Sequence record: SRR31156797_1402
Reading direction: 5' to 3' (one strand)
Length of the DNA: 64,000 nt
Positions 10,516 through 19,013 of the stretch are shown here, piece by piece (the first letter of the stretch is position 1; every line of letters begins with the position of its first letter). A program made the position numbers and the translations under genes. The notes beneath the pieces are model-generated. The model was not told the origin of the DNA, searched no databases, and saw only the letters and a program-made list of their open reading frames with translations.

Positions 10516-10539
10516 GGGCGGCTTCGGTCGCCCTTTTTT
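10516..10539 (+). terminator. rho-independent terminator of htpG
   Basis: GGGCGGC-TTCG-GTCGCCC followed by TTTTTT. Confidence 0.85.
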
Positions 10540-10547
10540 ATAAGGAG

Positions 10548-11933
10548 TTGAATATGGAATGGTCTAAACTTCTAAATTACAAAAGTTTTAACATATCTGA
10601 ACAAGAAAATGATTATCCATTTAACCTGAACAGAACACCTTTCCAGATCGACTACGACCGTATCATTTTTTCAGATGAATTCAGAAGATTAGATAAAAAG
10701 ACACAGGTCCACCCTTTAAAAACAAATGATCATGTTCATGCAAGGCTTTCACATAGCTTAGAAACATCATGTGTAGGCAGATCTTTGGGCTGTCAAGTGG
10801 GAGAATTCCTTTCTAGTAAACCTGATTTTTTCCCATATCCAGAAGTTGTCAGCAATAAGAAAAACAGCGATGTTATCATGCCAATTCTTACCGGACAGAT
10901 TATTCAAGCAGCTTGCCTCGCTCATGACATAGGCAACCCACCTTTTGGGCATGCCGGAGAAGAACTGATTCAAGACTGGTTCAAATCACAAGCAGACTCT
11001 GTCATGTTTAATGAGCTAAGCGAGCAAGAGTTAAATGACTTACAAAGCTTTGAAGGTAATGCTCAGGCTTTTAGGGTTTTAACCCGCACAAGTATGAGGG
11101 TAGATAATGGGGGAATGAGTATTTCCTACGCCGTGCTTGCGACAATGATGAAATACCCTTGGATATACTCAACTAAACTGCCTAAAAAGAAATTCTGTAG
11201 TTTTATAAGCGAAAAAGACTATTTAAGAAAAGTAGCCAAAACATGCGGACTTGTTTCAACTAATATATCAGAAGAGGAATATAGTTTTGCCAGACACCCT
11301 TTCGCATTTCTGTCAGAAGCCTCTGATGATATCTGCTACAATATTATGGATTTAGAAGATGCATACGAGCTCAAGATCTTAGATTACGACACTGTATTTG
11401 ATATTTTTTCTAATTTTTGTTCCATTAACAAAAATTTTAACCCTGACAAATACAAAAATGAATGTAACAAAAACACACTCTCACATCTTAGAGCAAAAGC
11501 TATAGGAGTGTGTGTAACTTCAGCAGTGGAAGAATTTGAAAACGAATATGACAACATCATGAGAGGTAAAAAGGACTTATCCTATTCTCTTGTAGAGAAC
11601 AGCAGTGTTAGAGATATTATAGAAAATGCTAAAAAGACCTCTCAAACAAAAGTTTTTATCTCTGAAAGAAAAGCACTTCTCGAAGTAGCGGCAAATAAAG
11701 CTTTGACTACCCTTTTAGATAATTTCTGCAATGCTGTGTATAACTTCCATAAACTTGGCAAAGAGAATATTGCAAGTTATGACAAAAAAATCCTTTATCT
11801 AATGGGTAGAAACGAACCATTAGAATCTGATACGCTTTTTCAAAAATATCAGAAAGTGGTAGATCATGTCTCAGGCATGACAGACAACTATGCGATCCGT
11901 ATATCAAAAAATCTGAATGGCGTAGTTGAATAA
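10548..11933 (+). CDS. dgt: dGTP triphosphohydrolase (HD-domain dGTPase); ATG at 10554 is the likelier start
   Basis: RTPFQIDYDRIIFSDEFRRLDKKTQV, RLSHSLE, CLAHDIGNPPFGHAGE, FEGNAQ, EASDDICY, DHVSGMTDNYA. Confidence 0.92.
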   Translation: MNMEWSKLLNYKSFNISEQENDYPFNLNRTPFQIDYDRIIFSDEFRRLDKKTQVHPLKTNDHVHARLSHSLETSCVGRSLGCQVGEFLSSKPDFFPYPEVVSNKKNSDVIMPILTGQIIQAACLAHDIGNPPFGHAGEELIQDWFKSQADSVMFNELSEQELNDLQSFEGNAQAFRVLTRTSMRVDNGGMSISYAVLATMMKYPWIYSTKLPKKKFCSFISEKDYLRKVAKTCGLVSTNISEEEYSFARHPFAFLSEASDDICYNIMDLEDAYELKILDYDTVFDIFSNFCSINKNFNPDKYKNECNKNTLSHLRAKAIGVCVTSAVEEFENEYDNIMRGKKDLSYSLVENSSVRDIIENAKKTSQTKVFISERKALLEVAANKALTTLLDNFCNAVYNFHKLGKENIASYDKKILYLMGRNEPLESDTLFQKYQKVVDHVSGMTDNYAIRISKNLNGVVE

Positions 11934-11959
11934 AAAAGAGGAACCAAACGGTTCCCCTT
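11932..11959 (-). terminator. rho-independent terminator of the liv operon, possibly bidirectional
   Basis: Minus strand AAGGGGAACC-GTTT-GGTTCCTCTT followed by further Ts. Confidence 0.7.
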
Positions 11960-11985
11960 AAAATATGATTATTATTTCATTATTG

Positions 11986-12108
11986 ATTTGATAGAAGCGA
12001 CTAGTCCAAGGAAGATTTGAATTGACGATGGCGAGTGTACGTTGCTAGTACATGAGCCGAGCAATTAAAATCAGCACGCAGGAATACGAAGCTTATAGCG
12101 GATCAAAT
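11986..12108. repeat. ~120 bp imperfect palindromic element (RPE/MITE-like)
   Basis: Nested inverted arms ATTTGAT/ATCAAAT, GATTTGAATTG/CAATTAAAATC and TGTAC-7-GTACA; CAAGG...ACGCAG landmarks. Confidence 0.55.
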
Positions 12109-12810
12109 TCCCAAGTACGCTTTTTTGACATCCTCATTAGCAAGGAGTGCATCCGCACTATCCTCAAGGGTGATGTGCCCGTTCTCCATAACATAGCCTC
12201 TGTCAGCTACCTTAAGAGCTAGGTTAGCATTCTGCTCTACGAGGAATATAGTCGTACCGTTCTCTTCATTAATCAGCTTAATAATGTCAAAAATCTGGCG
12301 CACGATAATAGGTGCAAGTCCGAGTGAAGGCTCATCAAGAAGGAGCAGTTTAGGCTTTGCCATCAGTGCTCTGGAGATAGCGAGCATCTGTTGCTCACCA
12401 CCGGAGAGAGTACCGCCCTGCTGATTTTTTCGCTCTTGCAGTCTAGGGAAAAGCTCGAAAACGTGGTCGAGGTCTTTCTTTATCCCAGCCTTATCCTTAC
12501 GGAGAAATGCGCCAAGGTCGAGGTTTTCCATTACTGTAAGGTAAGGGAAGATGTGCCTTCCTTCAGGTACGTGGATAAGTCCCATCTTAACTATGTCGTC
12601 CGGCTTTTTGCTGATCAGGCTTTCGCCCATGAATGTGATGTCACCGTTTTTAGGTGTTACAACATTGCTCATAGACATGAGCGTAGTGGTCTTTCCAGCA
12701 CCGTTTGCACCGATAAGGGTGATTATCTCGCCCTCTTTCACATCTATAGAAACGCTGTGAAGCGCCTGAATATTACCGTAATATGTATCGATATTGTTTA
12801 TACTAAGCAT
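12103..12810 (-). CDS. livF: branched-chain amino acid ABC transporter ATPase
   Basis: GANGAGKT, LSGGEQQMLAI, LDEPSLGLAP, LVEQN. Confidence 0.95.
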   Translation of the reverse strand: MLSINNIDTYYGNIQALHSVSIDVKEGEIITLIGANGAGKTTTLMSMSNVVTPKNGDITFMGESLISKKPDDIVKMGLIHVPEGRHIFPYLTVMENLDLGAFLRKDKAGIKKDLDHVFELFPRLQERKNQQGGTLSGGEQQMLAISRALMAKPKLLLLDEPSLGLAPIIVRQIFDIIKLINEENGTTIFLVEQNANLALKVADRGYVMENGHITLEDSADALLANEDVKKAYLGI

Positions 12811-13591
12811 CCATATCCTCCCCGAGATAAGCTTTTATCACCTCTGGGTTGTTCCTGATCTCGATAGGTGTCCCCTCTGCGATCTTCTGACCGTGATCCA
12901 TAACATAAATCCGCTCAGAAAGGTTCATAACGAGTTTCATGTCGTGCTCGATAAGGAGTATAGAGATATCTTCATCATCACGAATCTGACGAATGAGGTC
13001 AGTAAGCTCAACAGTCTCCTGCGGGTTCATACCTGCGGCAGGCTCGTCGAGTAGAAGCAGTGACGGCTCAGTAGCCATCGCACGTGCAATCTCAAGCTTA
13101 CGCTGATCACCGTATGGCAGATTACAAGCAAGCTCATCACAAACATCATTAAGACCGATCTTCTCAAGTATCTCATAGCTTTCAGTAGCAGCCCTGAGCT
13201 CCTCGGCACGAGTCTTTTTATCACGGAAGAGAGCACCAATAACCTTCGCCTTCATACGGCAGTGCTTACCTATCATAACGTTTTCAAGCACAGTCATATT
13301 AGGGAAAAGTCTGATGTTCTGAAAAGTTCTGGCAAGCCCACGCTCAGTAACCCTGTTCGGTTTAAGACCGTTCAGCCTAGCTACTGCGCCAGAGTGTGTC
13401 ATAGCCCTTACATCACCCTGTGTTGGGTTATAAATACCTGTGATGCAGTTGAAAAATGTTGTTTTTCCTGCGCCGTTAGGTCCGATGAGAGCTACGATTT
13501 CTTTATTGTCTACGACCAGATCAACAGAATCGACAGCACGAAGACCGCCGAAGTCCATTGTCAGCCCTTTTACTTCAAGTATATGTTCCAT
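12803..13591 (-). CDS. livG: branched-chain amino acid ABC transporter ATPase
   Basis: GPNGAGKT, ARTFQNIRLF, LPYG, LDEPAAGMN, IEHDM. Confidence 0.95.
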   Translation of the reverse strand: MEHILEVKGLTMDFGGLRAVDSVDLVVDNKEIVALIGPNGAGKTTFFNCITGIYNPTQGDVRAMTHSGAVARLNGLKPNRVTERGLARTFQNIRLFPNMTVLENVMIGKHCRMKAKVIGALFRDKKTRAEELRAATESYEILEKIGLNDVCDELACNLPYGDQRKLEIARAMATEPSLLLLDEPAAGMNPQETVELTDLIRQIRDDEDISILLIEHDMKLVMNLSERIYVMDHGQKIAEGTPIEIRNNPEVIKAYLGEDMDA

Positions 13592-13593
13592 AT

Positions 13594-14799
13594 TTACTTA
13601 CCAAACCTTGCATCTTCTGCGTGAAACGAATATTTCCGCCTGAAGTTGCTGATAAGTCCCTGCGGACGGAAAACCATCATAACAACCATCGCACCACCGA
13701 AAACGAGCATACGATACTCAGAGAAAGCACGAAGGTATTCCGGAAGGAGGATCATGATGAGCGCACCGAGGATTACACCCGGTATAGAGCCCATACCGCC
13801 GAGAACAACCACCGAAAGGATGATCGCTGATTCGAGAAATGTAAAACTTGCAGGGTTGATGAATGTTGTCTTCGCTGCGAAAACCACACCCATAAGACCA
13901 GCCCATGTAGCACCGAGTGCGAAAGCCATAAGCTTTGTCCTTGTACGTCCGATACCCATAGCCTGACAAGCGATCTCGTCCTCACGGAGAGCGAGCCATG
14001 CACGCCCTATCCTACTGTTCTGCAAACGATTTACAAAGAATATCGTCGCAATTGTGAACACTATCATAAGGAAATATATGAAGATTGTTGACTGGTTAAG
14101 AGTCAGTTCCATGCCGAAGAATGAAGGTCTTTCGATGTTTGCGATACCGCTTGGTCCCATAGAGAAATCATTCCAGTTCTCAAGAACCAGACGGATGATC
14201 TCACCAAAACCGAGGGTCACGATGGCGAGATAATCACCACGAAGCCTCAGAACAGGGAAGCCGAGAAGTATACCGAATATCGCTGCGAGCAAACCACCTA
14301 TAGGTAGAACTGTCCAGAATGGAAGCCCGAAGTGGTGGTTAAGGAGTGCGTAAGCGTAAGCACCCACAGCGTAAAAAGCTACGAAACCGAGGTCGAGAAG
14401 ACCTGCGAGACCAACAACGATGTTAAGCCCCAGCCCGAGCACGATATACATCAGCGCAACGGTAAGGATATTTATCTGGTATGAATCAGTTATAAACGGA
14501 AGTGCGCACATAATAGCGAGCACACCACCGGAGAGCCCTTTAACCATTGCGGGGTTTTCCATAACTGTTTCAGTAAGCGTCTTCTTATTAGCGTCCTGAG
14601 TCTTGCCCACACGCTCTTTGCGTTCGAGCAGATATCTCCAGATCATGGAAACGAGAAAAACTCCCACACCCATAACAAACATATTATGCCAGCGCCAGAT
14701 AACCACATTCTCGATAGTGTTTACCTTAATAACCACTATAGGAAAGGTGAGAAACATGAACCATACAGCGACTTTAAGTGACTTGATCATATAATCCAT
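13594..14799 (-). CDS. livM: branched-chain amino acid ABC transporter permease
   Basis: GLNIVVGLAGLLDLGF, LRLRGDYLAIVTLGFGEI; start set at ATG 14799 just after the livH stop. Confidence 0.93.
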   Translation of the reverse strand: MDYMIKSLKVAVWFMFLTFPIVVIKVNTIENVVIWRWHNMFVMGVGVFLVSMIWRYLLERKERVGKTQDANKKTLTETVMENPAMVKGLSGGVLAIMCALPFITDSYQINILTVALMYIVLGLGLNIVVGLAGLLDLGFVAFYAVGAYAYALLNHHFGLPFWTVLPIGGLLAAIFGILLGFPVLRLRGDYLAIVTLGFGEIIRLVLENWNDFSMGPSGIANIERPSFFGMELTLNQSTIFIYFLMIVFTIATIFFVNRLQNSRIGRAWLALREDEIACQAMGIGRTRTKLMAFALGATWAGLMGVVFAAKTTFINPASFTFLESAIILSVVVLGGMGSIPGVILGALIMILLPEYLRAFSEYRMLVFGGAMVVMMVFRPQGLISNFRRKYSFHAEDARFGK

Positions 14800-14800
14800 G

Positions 14801-15703
14801 CTACACCTTCTTTGTCTCTGCACGGCCGAGAAGACCTGCCGGACGGAAGATAAGGATTAGAACGAGGAGCGCAAATGCGAAAACATCCTCATAGTCACTG
14901 GATATGTAACCGGTTGCAAAACTCTCTGTCCAGCCGAGGATGAGTGCACCAAGCACAGCACCAGGGATGGATCCGATTCCGCCGAGAACCGCCGCTGTAA
15001 AAGCTTTGATACCAGCGATGAAACCTATGTAGAAGTTAAGCTGACCTATATGGTTAGCGATAAGCACACCACCGATAGCCGCCAGAGACGAACCGATGAT
15101 GAATGTTACAGAGATAACTCTGTCAACGTTTATACCGATGAGCAGAGCCATAGTCTTATCCTGTGCTGTCGCACGCATAGCTTTACCCATATTTGTAAAC
15201 TTAATGAAGTAAGTGAGCATAAGCATCACTATTACTGTTGTACCAACTATCGCAAGCTCAGCAGAGCTAAATATATGTGAGATCGGCTCCATAAATTCGA
15301 AGTCGGGAATTAGCTGAGGAAATGGCAGAAAGTCTGATGTCTGCGCAAGCAGTACATAATTCTGCAAAAAGAGCGACATACCTATAGCGGAGATAAGCGG
15401 CGAAAGCCTCGGTGCATTACGAAGCGGCTTATAAGCTATCTTTTCGATTGTGAATCCGTAAGCTGAGGAGTAAACCACAGCAGCGAGCGTCGCTACGATA
15501 AATATAGCAGCAACAGGCCAGCCCATAATAGATAGAACGCTGGCAACTATCAGGGCAGTGAAAGCCCCTATCATGTAAATCTCTCCGTGGGCGAAGTTAA
15601 TAAGCTGGATGATACCATAGACCATAGTATACCCAAGAGCTATTAGAGCATAAATACTGCCCCTTGTCAGTCCGCTTAGGAAGAGTTCAAGGAAATATTC
15701 CAT
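14801..15703 (-). CDS. livH: branched-chain amino acid ABC transporter permease
   Basis: YALIALGYTMVYGIIQLINFAHGE, KAFTAAVLGGIGSIPGA. Confidence 0.95.
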   Translation of the reverse strand: MEYFLELFLSGLTRGSIYALIALGYTMVYGIIQLINFAHGEIYMIGAFTALIVASVLSIMGWPVAAIFIVATLAAVVYSSAYGFTIEKIAYKPLRNAPRLSPLISAIGMSLFLQNYVLLAQTSDFLPFPQLIPDFEFMEPISHIFSSAELAIVGTTVIVMLMLTYFIKFTNMGKAMRATAQDKTMALLIGINVDRVISVTFIIGSSLAAIGGVLIANHIGQLNFYIGFIAGIKAFTAAVLGGIGSIPGAVLGALILGWTESFATGYISSDYEDVFAFALLVLILIFRPAGLLGRAETKKV

Positions 15704-15727
15704 TTGATTTTATCCCATACATAAACA

Positions 15728-15753
15728 GAGGGGTACATTTTCATGCACCCCTC
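15728..15753 (-). terminator. intra-operon stem-loop between livK and livH
   Basis: Minus strand GAGGGGTGCAT-GAAA-ATGTACCCCTC then TGTTT. Confidence 0.6.
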
Positions 15754-15779
15754 AACATTATCTTTGTGTATTTAGTTAA

Positions 15780-16889
15780 TTACTTAATTTCTACGTATTT
15801 GCCGTTCTGTACCTGATATACAGAGAAACCAGCACCGATAGCGTCACCCTTACCGTCGAACTTAATCTTACCGATAGGTGTGTCTACCCAGTTGCCCTTA
15901 AGAGCAGCAGTTACTTTAGCATAGTCAGTAGAGTTAGCAGCTTTCATAGCTTCTGTCATAGCGATCATAGCTGAGTAAGCTTCGATGTAGAAAGCACCAG
16001 GCTTTTCGCTGTAAGTTGCGATGTGATCTGCGATAGCTTTCTTGTTAAGAGCGTTAGCAGAGTTATCTTTAGGACCTGTAGCGTATCCGCCTTCAGAGTA
16101 TTTACCAGCAACTTTGATGAATGTATCATCCTTGACGCCGTCGTCAGAAACGAAAGCAGCTTTAACTTTCTTCTTCTTCATAGCTGTGATGATTTTAGAA
16201 GCTTCAGGGTGGTAGCCACCGAAGATAACAGCATCAGCTTTCTTACGCTTAACTTTCTGAACTACAGCAGTATAGTCAACCGCACCAGGTGTAACACCTT
16301 CGAAAAGAACAACTTCAGCTTTGCCGGACTCTTCTACGAATTTCTTAGCAAATTCAGCGAATCCTTTACCATAGTCACCTTTATCGTGGATAACAGCGAT
16401 CTTCTTAGCACCGAGTTTATCCATTGTGAAGTCAGCAGCAAGCTTAGCCTGTGCATCGTCTGGAGCGATAGTTCTGAAGAAGTTAGGGTAGTCGCCGCTC
16501 TTAGTAAGAGCAGGGTTAGTAGCTGATGGAGACATAACAGGTATGCCTGCAGCTTTATATGTACCGAGTGCAGCTTTTGTAGCACCGGAGCAAATGTGAC
16601 CAAGTACGAAAACAACATTCTGGCTTACAAGCTTATTAGCTGTGTTTACTGCGATTTCAGGTTTACATACGTCGTCAGATTTAATAATTTCGATTTTCTT
16701 ACCCATGATGCCGCCGTTAGCGTTTACTTCTTTCATGTAAAGTTCAGCAGCTTTAGTAGCAGGAATTCCGTAGGATGCAAGGTCTCCAGAGTGAGGACCA
16801 GCAACACCGATTTTGATTGTTTCAGCAGTTGCAACAGATGCGAAAGCAACAACAGCTGACAAAGCAATTGCGGATAATAGTTTTTTCAT
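15780..16889 (-). CDS. livK: branched-chain amino acid ABC transporter substrate-binding protein
   Basis: Signal peptide; IKIGVAGPHSG, GHICSG, SPSATNP, FFRT; RBS GGGAG before ATG 16889. Confidence 0.93.
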   Translation of the reverse strand: MKKLLSAIALSAVVAFASVATAETIKIGVAGPHSGDLASYGIPATKAAELYMKEVNANGGIMGKKIEIIKSDDVCKPEIAVNTANKLVSQNVVFVLGHICSGATKAALGTYKAAGIPVMSPSATNPALTKSGDYPNFFRTIAPDDAQAKLAADFTMDKLGAKKIAVIHDKGDYGKGFAEFAKKFVEESGKAEVVLFEGVTPGAVDYTAVVQKVKRKKADAVIFGGYHPEASKIITAMKKKKVKAAFVSDDGVKDDTFIKVAGKYSEGGYATGPKDNSANALNKKAIADHIATYSEKPGAFYIEAYSAMIAMTEAMKAANSTDYAKVTAALKGNWVDTPIGKIKFDGKGDAIGAGFSVYQVQNGKYVEIK

Positions 16890-16931
16890 TCGTATTCTCC
16901 CTTTTGTAGTATTTTTCAAACGTAAGAGAAT

Positions 16932-16960
16932 ATAATAGTAAAATTATCATTTTCCGTCAA
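16932..16960 (-). promoter_or_regulatory. putative sigma70 promoter of the liv operon
   Basis: TTGACG-N17-TATTAT. Confidence 0.65.
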
Positions 16961-17006
16961 GATGAACTTTTGCTCGAAAGCCCCACTACACAGTCGTTTC
17001 GTATAC

Positions 17007-18176
17007 CTATACTTTGTTTAACAGGGCTACAGTTTCAACATGATATGAACCCGGAAACATATCGAGAGAGACTATCTTTTCAATTTTGTAATTACCAGAT
17101 AAGCGTGCAACGTCCCGTGCGAAGGTGTTTGGGTCACATGATATATAAATAACTTTTGTTGCACCACTATCATTAATATAGCTGCAAACCTCTTTCTCCA
17201 TTCCTGTTCTCGGAGGGTCAGCAAGTATCATATCTGTCCTTCTTTTCCCCATAGTTTTGATTCTTTCACTAGGGGCTATATGCCACTGAACATTCTTCAG
17301 TTTTGTCCTCTCCGCAAGGCGTATAGACGGAGCATAACTTTCTATAGCATCAATCTTTTCACATTTCCTAGCCATCGGAAGTGTTAGAAATCCTGAACCA
17401 CAGTAAAACTCCAGCCCACGCTTACCCTCTGCATTTTCGAGCACAAAATCCTGTAAATAGTTAGATATGTGCCTATTTCCCTGTAAAAACGAGTTAAAGC
17501 CAACGTAAAATGTGCCGTATCTCGTATCATAACCGAGATGTTTTCTACCTATAGCTTTATCGCCAGCCTTTAATCCGTCAAAGCTGTATTTCGATTTAAG
17601 ATTAAAATCTGTTCGTGCAAGCGATTCGCCCTTGTCATTCTCAGTAATATATAAATATGACCGCTCTTCTATGTCAGCGGCGGCCTCTTTAGCCTTCTCA
17701 ACCATAGATTTCTTAATAACCGGACAGTCTTCAATAGGTATAAAGTCATTGGATTTGAACTTATAAAAGCCGATCTTTCCATCACGAACACGGAATGTCG
17801 CACGATTCCTAAATTCACTGTACTCAGAAGGGATGATCTCTATTTCAGGGTGCTTTATTCTATTTCGCTCAAGTGCTGTTTTTATAAAACCTGCTTTAAG
17901 CTCAAGGACTTTATCCTTATCTATATGCCCGAAAACACAGCCTCCGCATTCACCAATATGAGGGCAATAGCTCTCAGTACGGAATTCTGACGGCTCGACT
18001 ATATCTTCTACTGCTCCGTAAAGCATATTACTTTTATCCTCAGTAACTTTGAACTTTACTACATCGCCCTGAACTGTGTGAGGAATAAACACTACTCTGC
18101 CATCAGGCATAGTTCCCACACCGTATCCGCCGTATGCTGTATCTCTTATTTCTGTTTTAACTATCAAACCATTCAC
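17007..18176 (-). CDS. RlmD/TrmA-family RNA (uracil-5)-methyltransferase with TRAM domain
   Basis: TRAM N-terminus; CPHIGECGGC; FLQGN; DPPRTG; YISCDP; DMFPGSYHVE. Confidence 0.9.
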   Translation of the reverse strand: MNGLIVKTEIRDTAYGGYGVGTMPDGRVVFIPHTVQGDVVKFKVTEDKSNMLYGAVEDIVEPSEFRTESYCPHIGECGGCVFGHIDKDKVLELKAGFIKTALERNRIKHPEIEIIPSEYSEFRNRATFRVRDGKIGFYKFKSNDFIPIEDCPVIKKSMVEKAKEAAADIEERSYLYITENDKGESLARTDFNLKSKYSFDGLKAGDKAIGRKHLGYDTRYGTFYVGFNSFLQGNRHISNYLQDFVLENAEGKRGLEFYCGSGFLTLPMARKCEKIDAIESYAPSIRLAERTKLKNVQWHIAPSERIKTMGKRRTDMILADPPRTGMEKEVCSYINDSGATKVIYISCDPNTFARDVARLSGNYKIEKIVSLDMFPGSYHVETVALLNKV

Positions 18177-18870
18177 CTGTCATAATTTTTTTATCTGTGT
18201 CGGACTGTACGCCGTTGATTTTCTGATATATTGGCGGCTCAAAGCTCATCTCTCTGCCTACGTTCTTTCTGAATTCCATAAGTATTATCTTAGGCTTAAT
18301 CCCAATATCTGGACAGATAGGCAACAGCCTCTTAGCTTCGAAACCGTGCGTATGCCCCGCTTCGAAAAGATCGCTCATAAGGTCAGCATCATAGCTGAGG
18401 TACAAGCTGCCGGAATTCTTTAAATAGCTGCGGCAAAACCTGAAAACATCATCAACGTGCATTGTTGTTGTAAATCTGGCATTCAGCTCAACTTCATCTT
18501 TCGGGACTCTGCCCGTCGAAGGGTCTCGGTATGGAGGATTGCAAACTGCAATATCAAACTCACAGTCAGGTTTATACTCTTTTATATCGGAATTGACAGC
18601 ATTAATTTCTAAATTATTTAAAATAATCGTCTCTTGCAGACAGTCATACATAGCACTTTGAAGTTCAACAGAAGTTAACTTTTCAAAACCTCTTATCTTT
18701 GCCAGCAGTGCGGATACTACCCCGCTGCCAGCTCCAATTTCAATCAGGTTAGCATTTTTTTTCTGCCTAACGAACCACGTAAGATATACTGAGTCCACAG
18801 AAAAACGGAAACCTTTCTCCGGCTGACAAATCCTTATATCGTCTCTAATGATATTTGATATTGTAACCAA
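18157..18870 (-). CDS. tRNA1(Val) A37 N6-methyltransferase-like (TrmN6/YfiC)
   Basis: QPEKGFRFSVDS, EIGAGSG, NPPY, ARF; TTG start. Confidence 0.85.
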   Translation of the reverse strand: MVTISNIIRDDIRICQPEKGFRFSVDSVYLTWFVRQKKNANLIEIGAGSGVVSALLAKIRGFEKLTSVELQSAMYDCLQETIILNNLEINAVNSDIKEYKPDCEFDIAVCNPPYRDPSTGRVPKDEVELNARFTTTMHVDDVFRFCRSYLKNSGSLYLSYDADLMSDLFEAGHTHGFEAKRLLPICPDIGIKPKIILMEFRKNVGREMSFEPPIYQKINGVQSDTDKKIMTGEWFDS

Positions 18871-18936
18871 GTGTACACCTTGTTAATTGATTATTATCTA
18901 AATATAAAAAAAATGTCACTATTTAATACTAACACG

Positions 18937-18965
18937 TTGATTATACACAGTTTTGATTATAAACT
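18937..18965 (+). promoter_or_regulatory. putative sigma70 promoter of MCP, overlapping a TTGATTATA direct repeat
   Basis: TTGATT-N17-TAAACT; TTGATTATA at 18937 and 18953. Confidence 0.4.
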
Positions 18966-19013
18966 ATATACGTATTATAACTTTTATTTTAACCAAGGAA
19001 ATGAGGAAATTTT

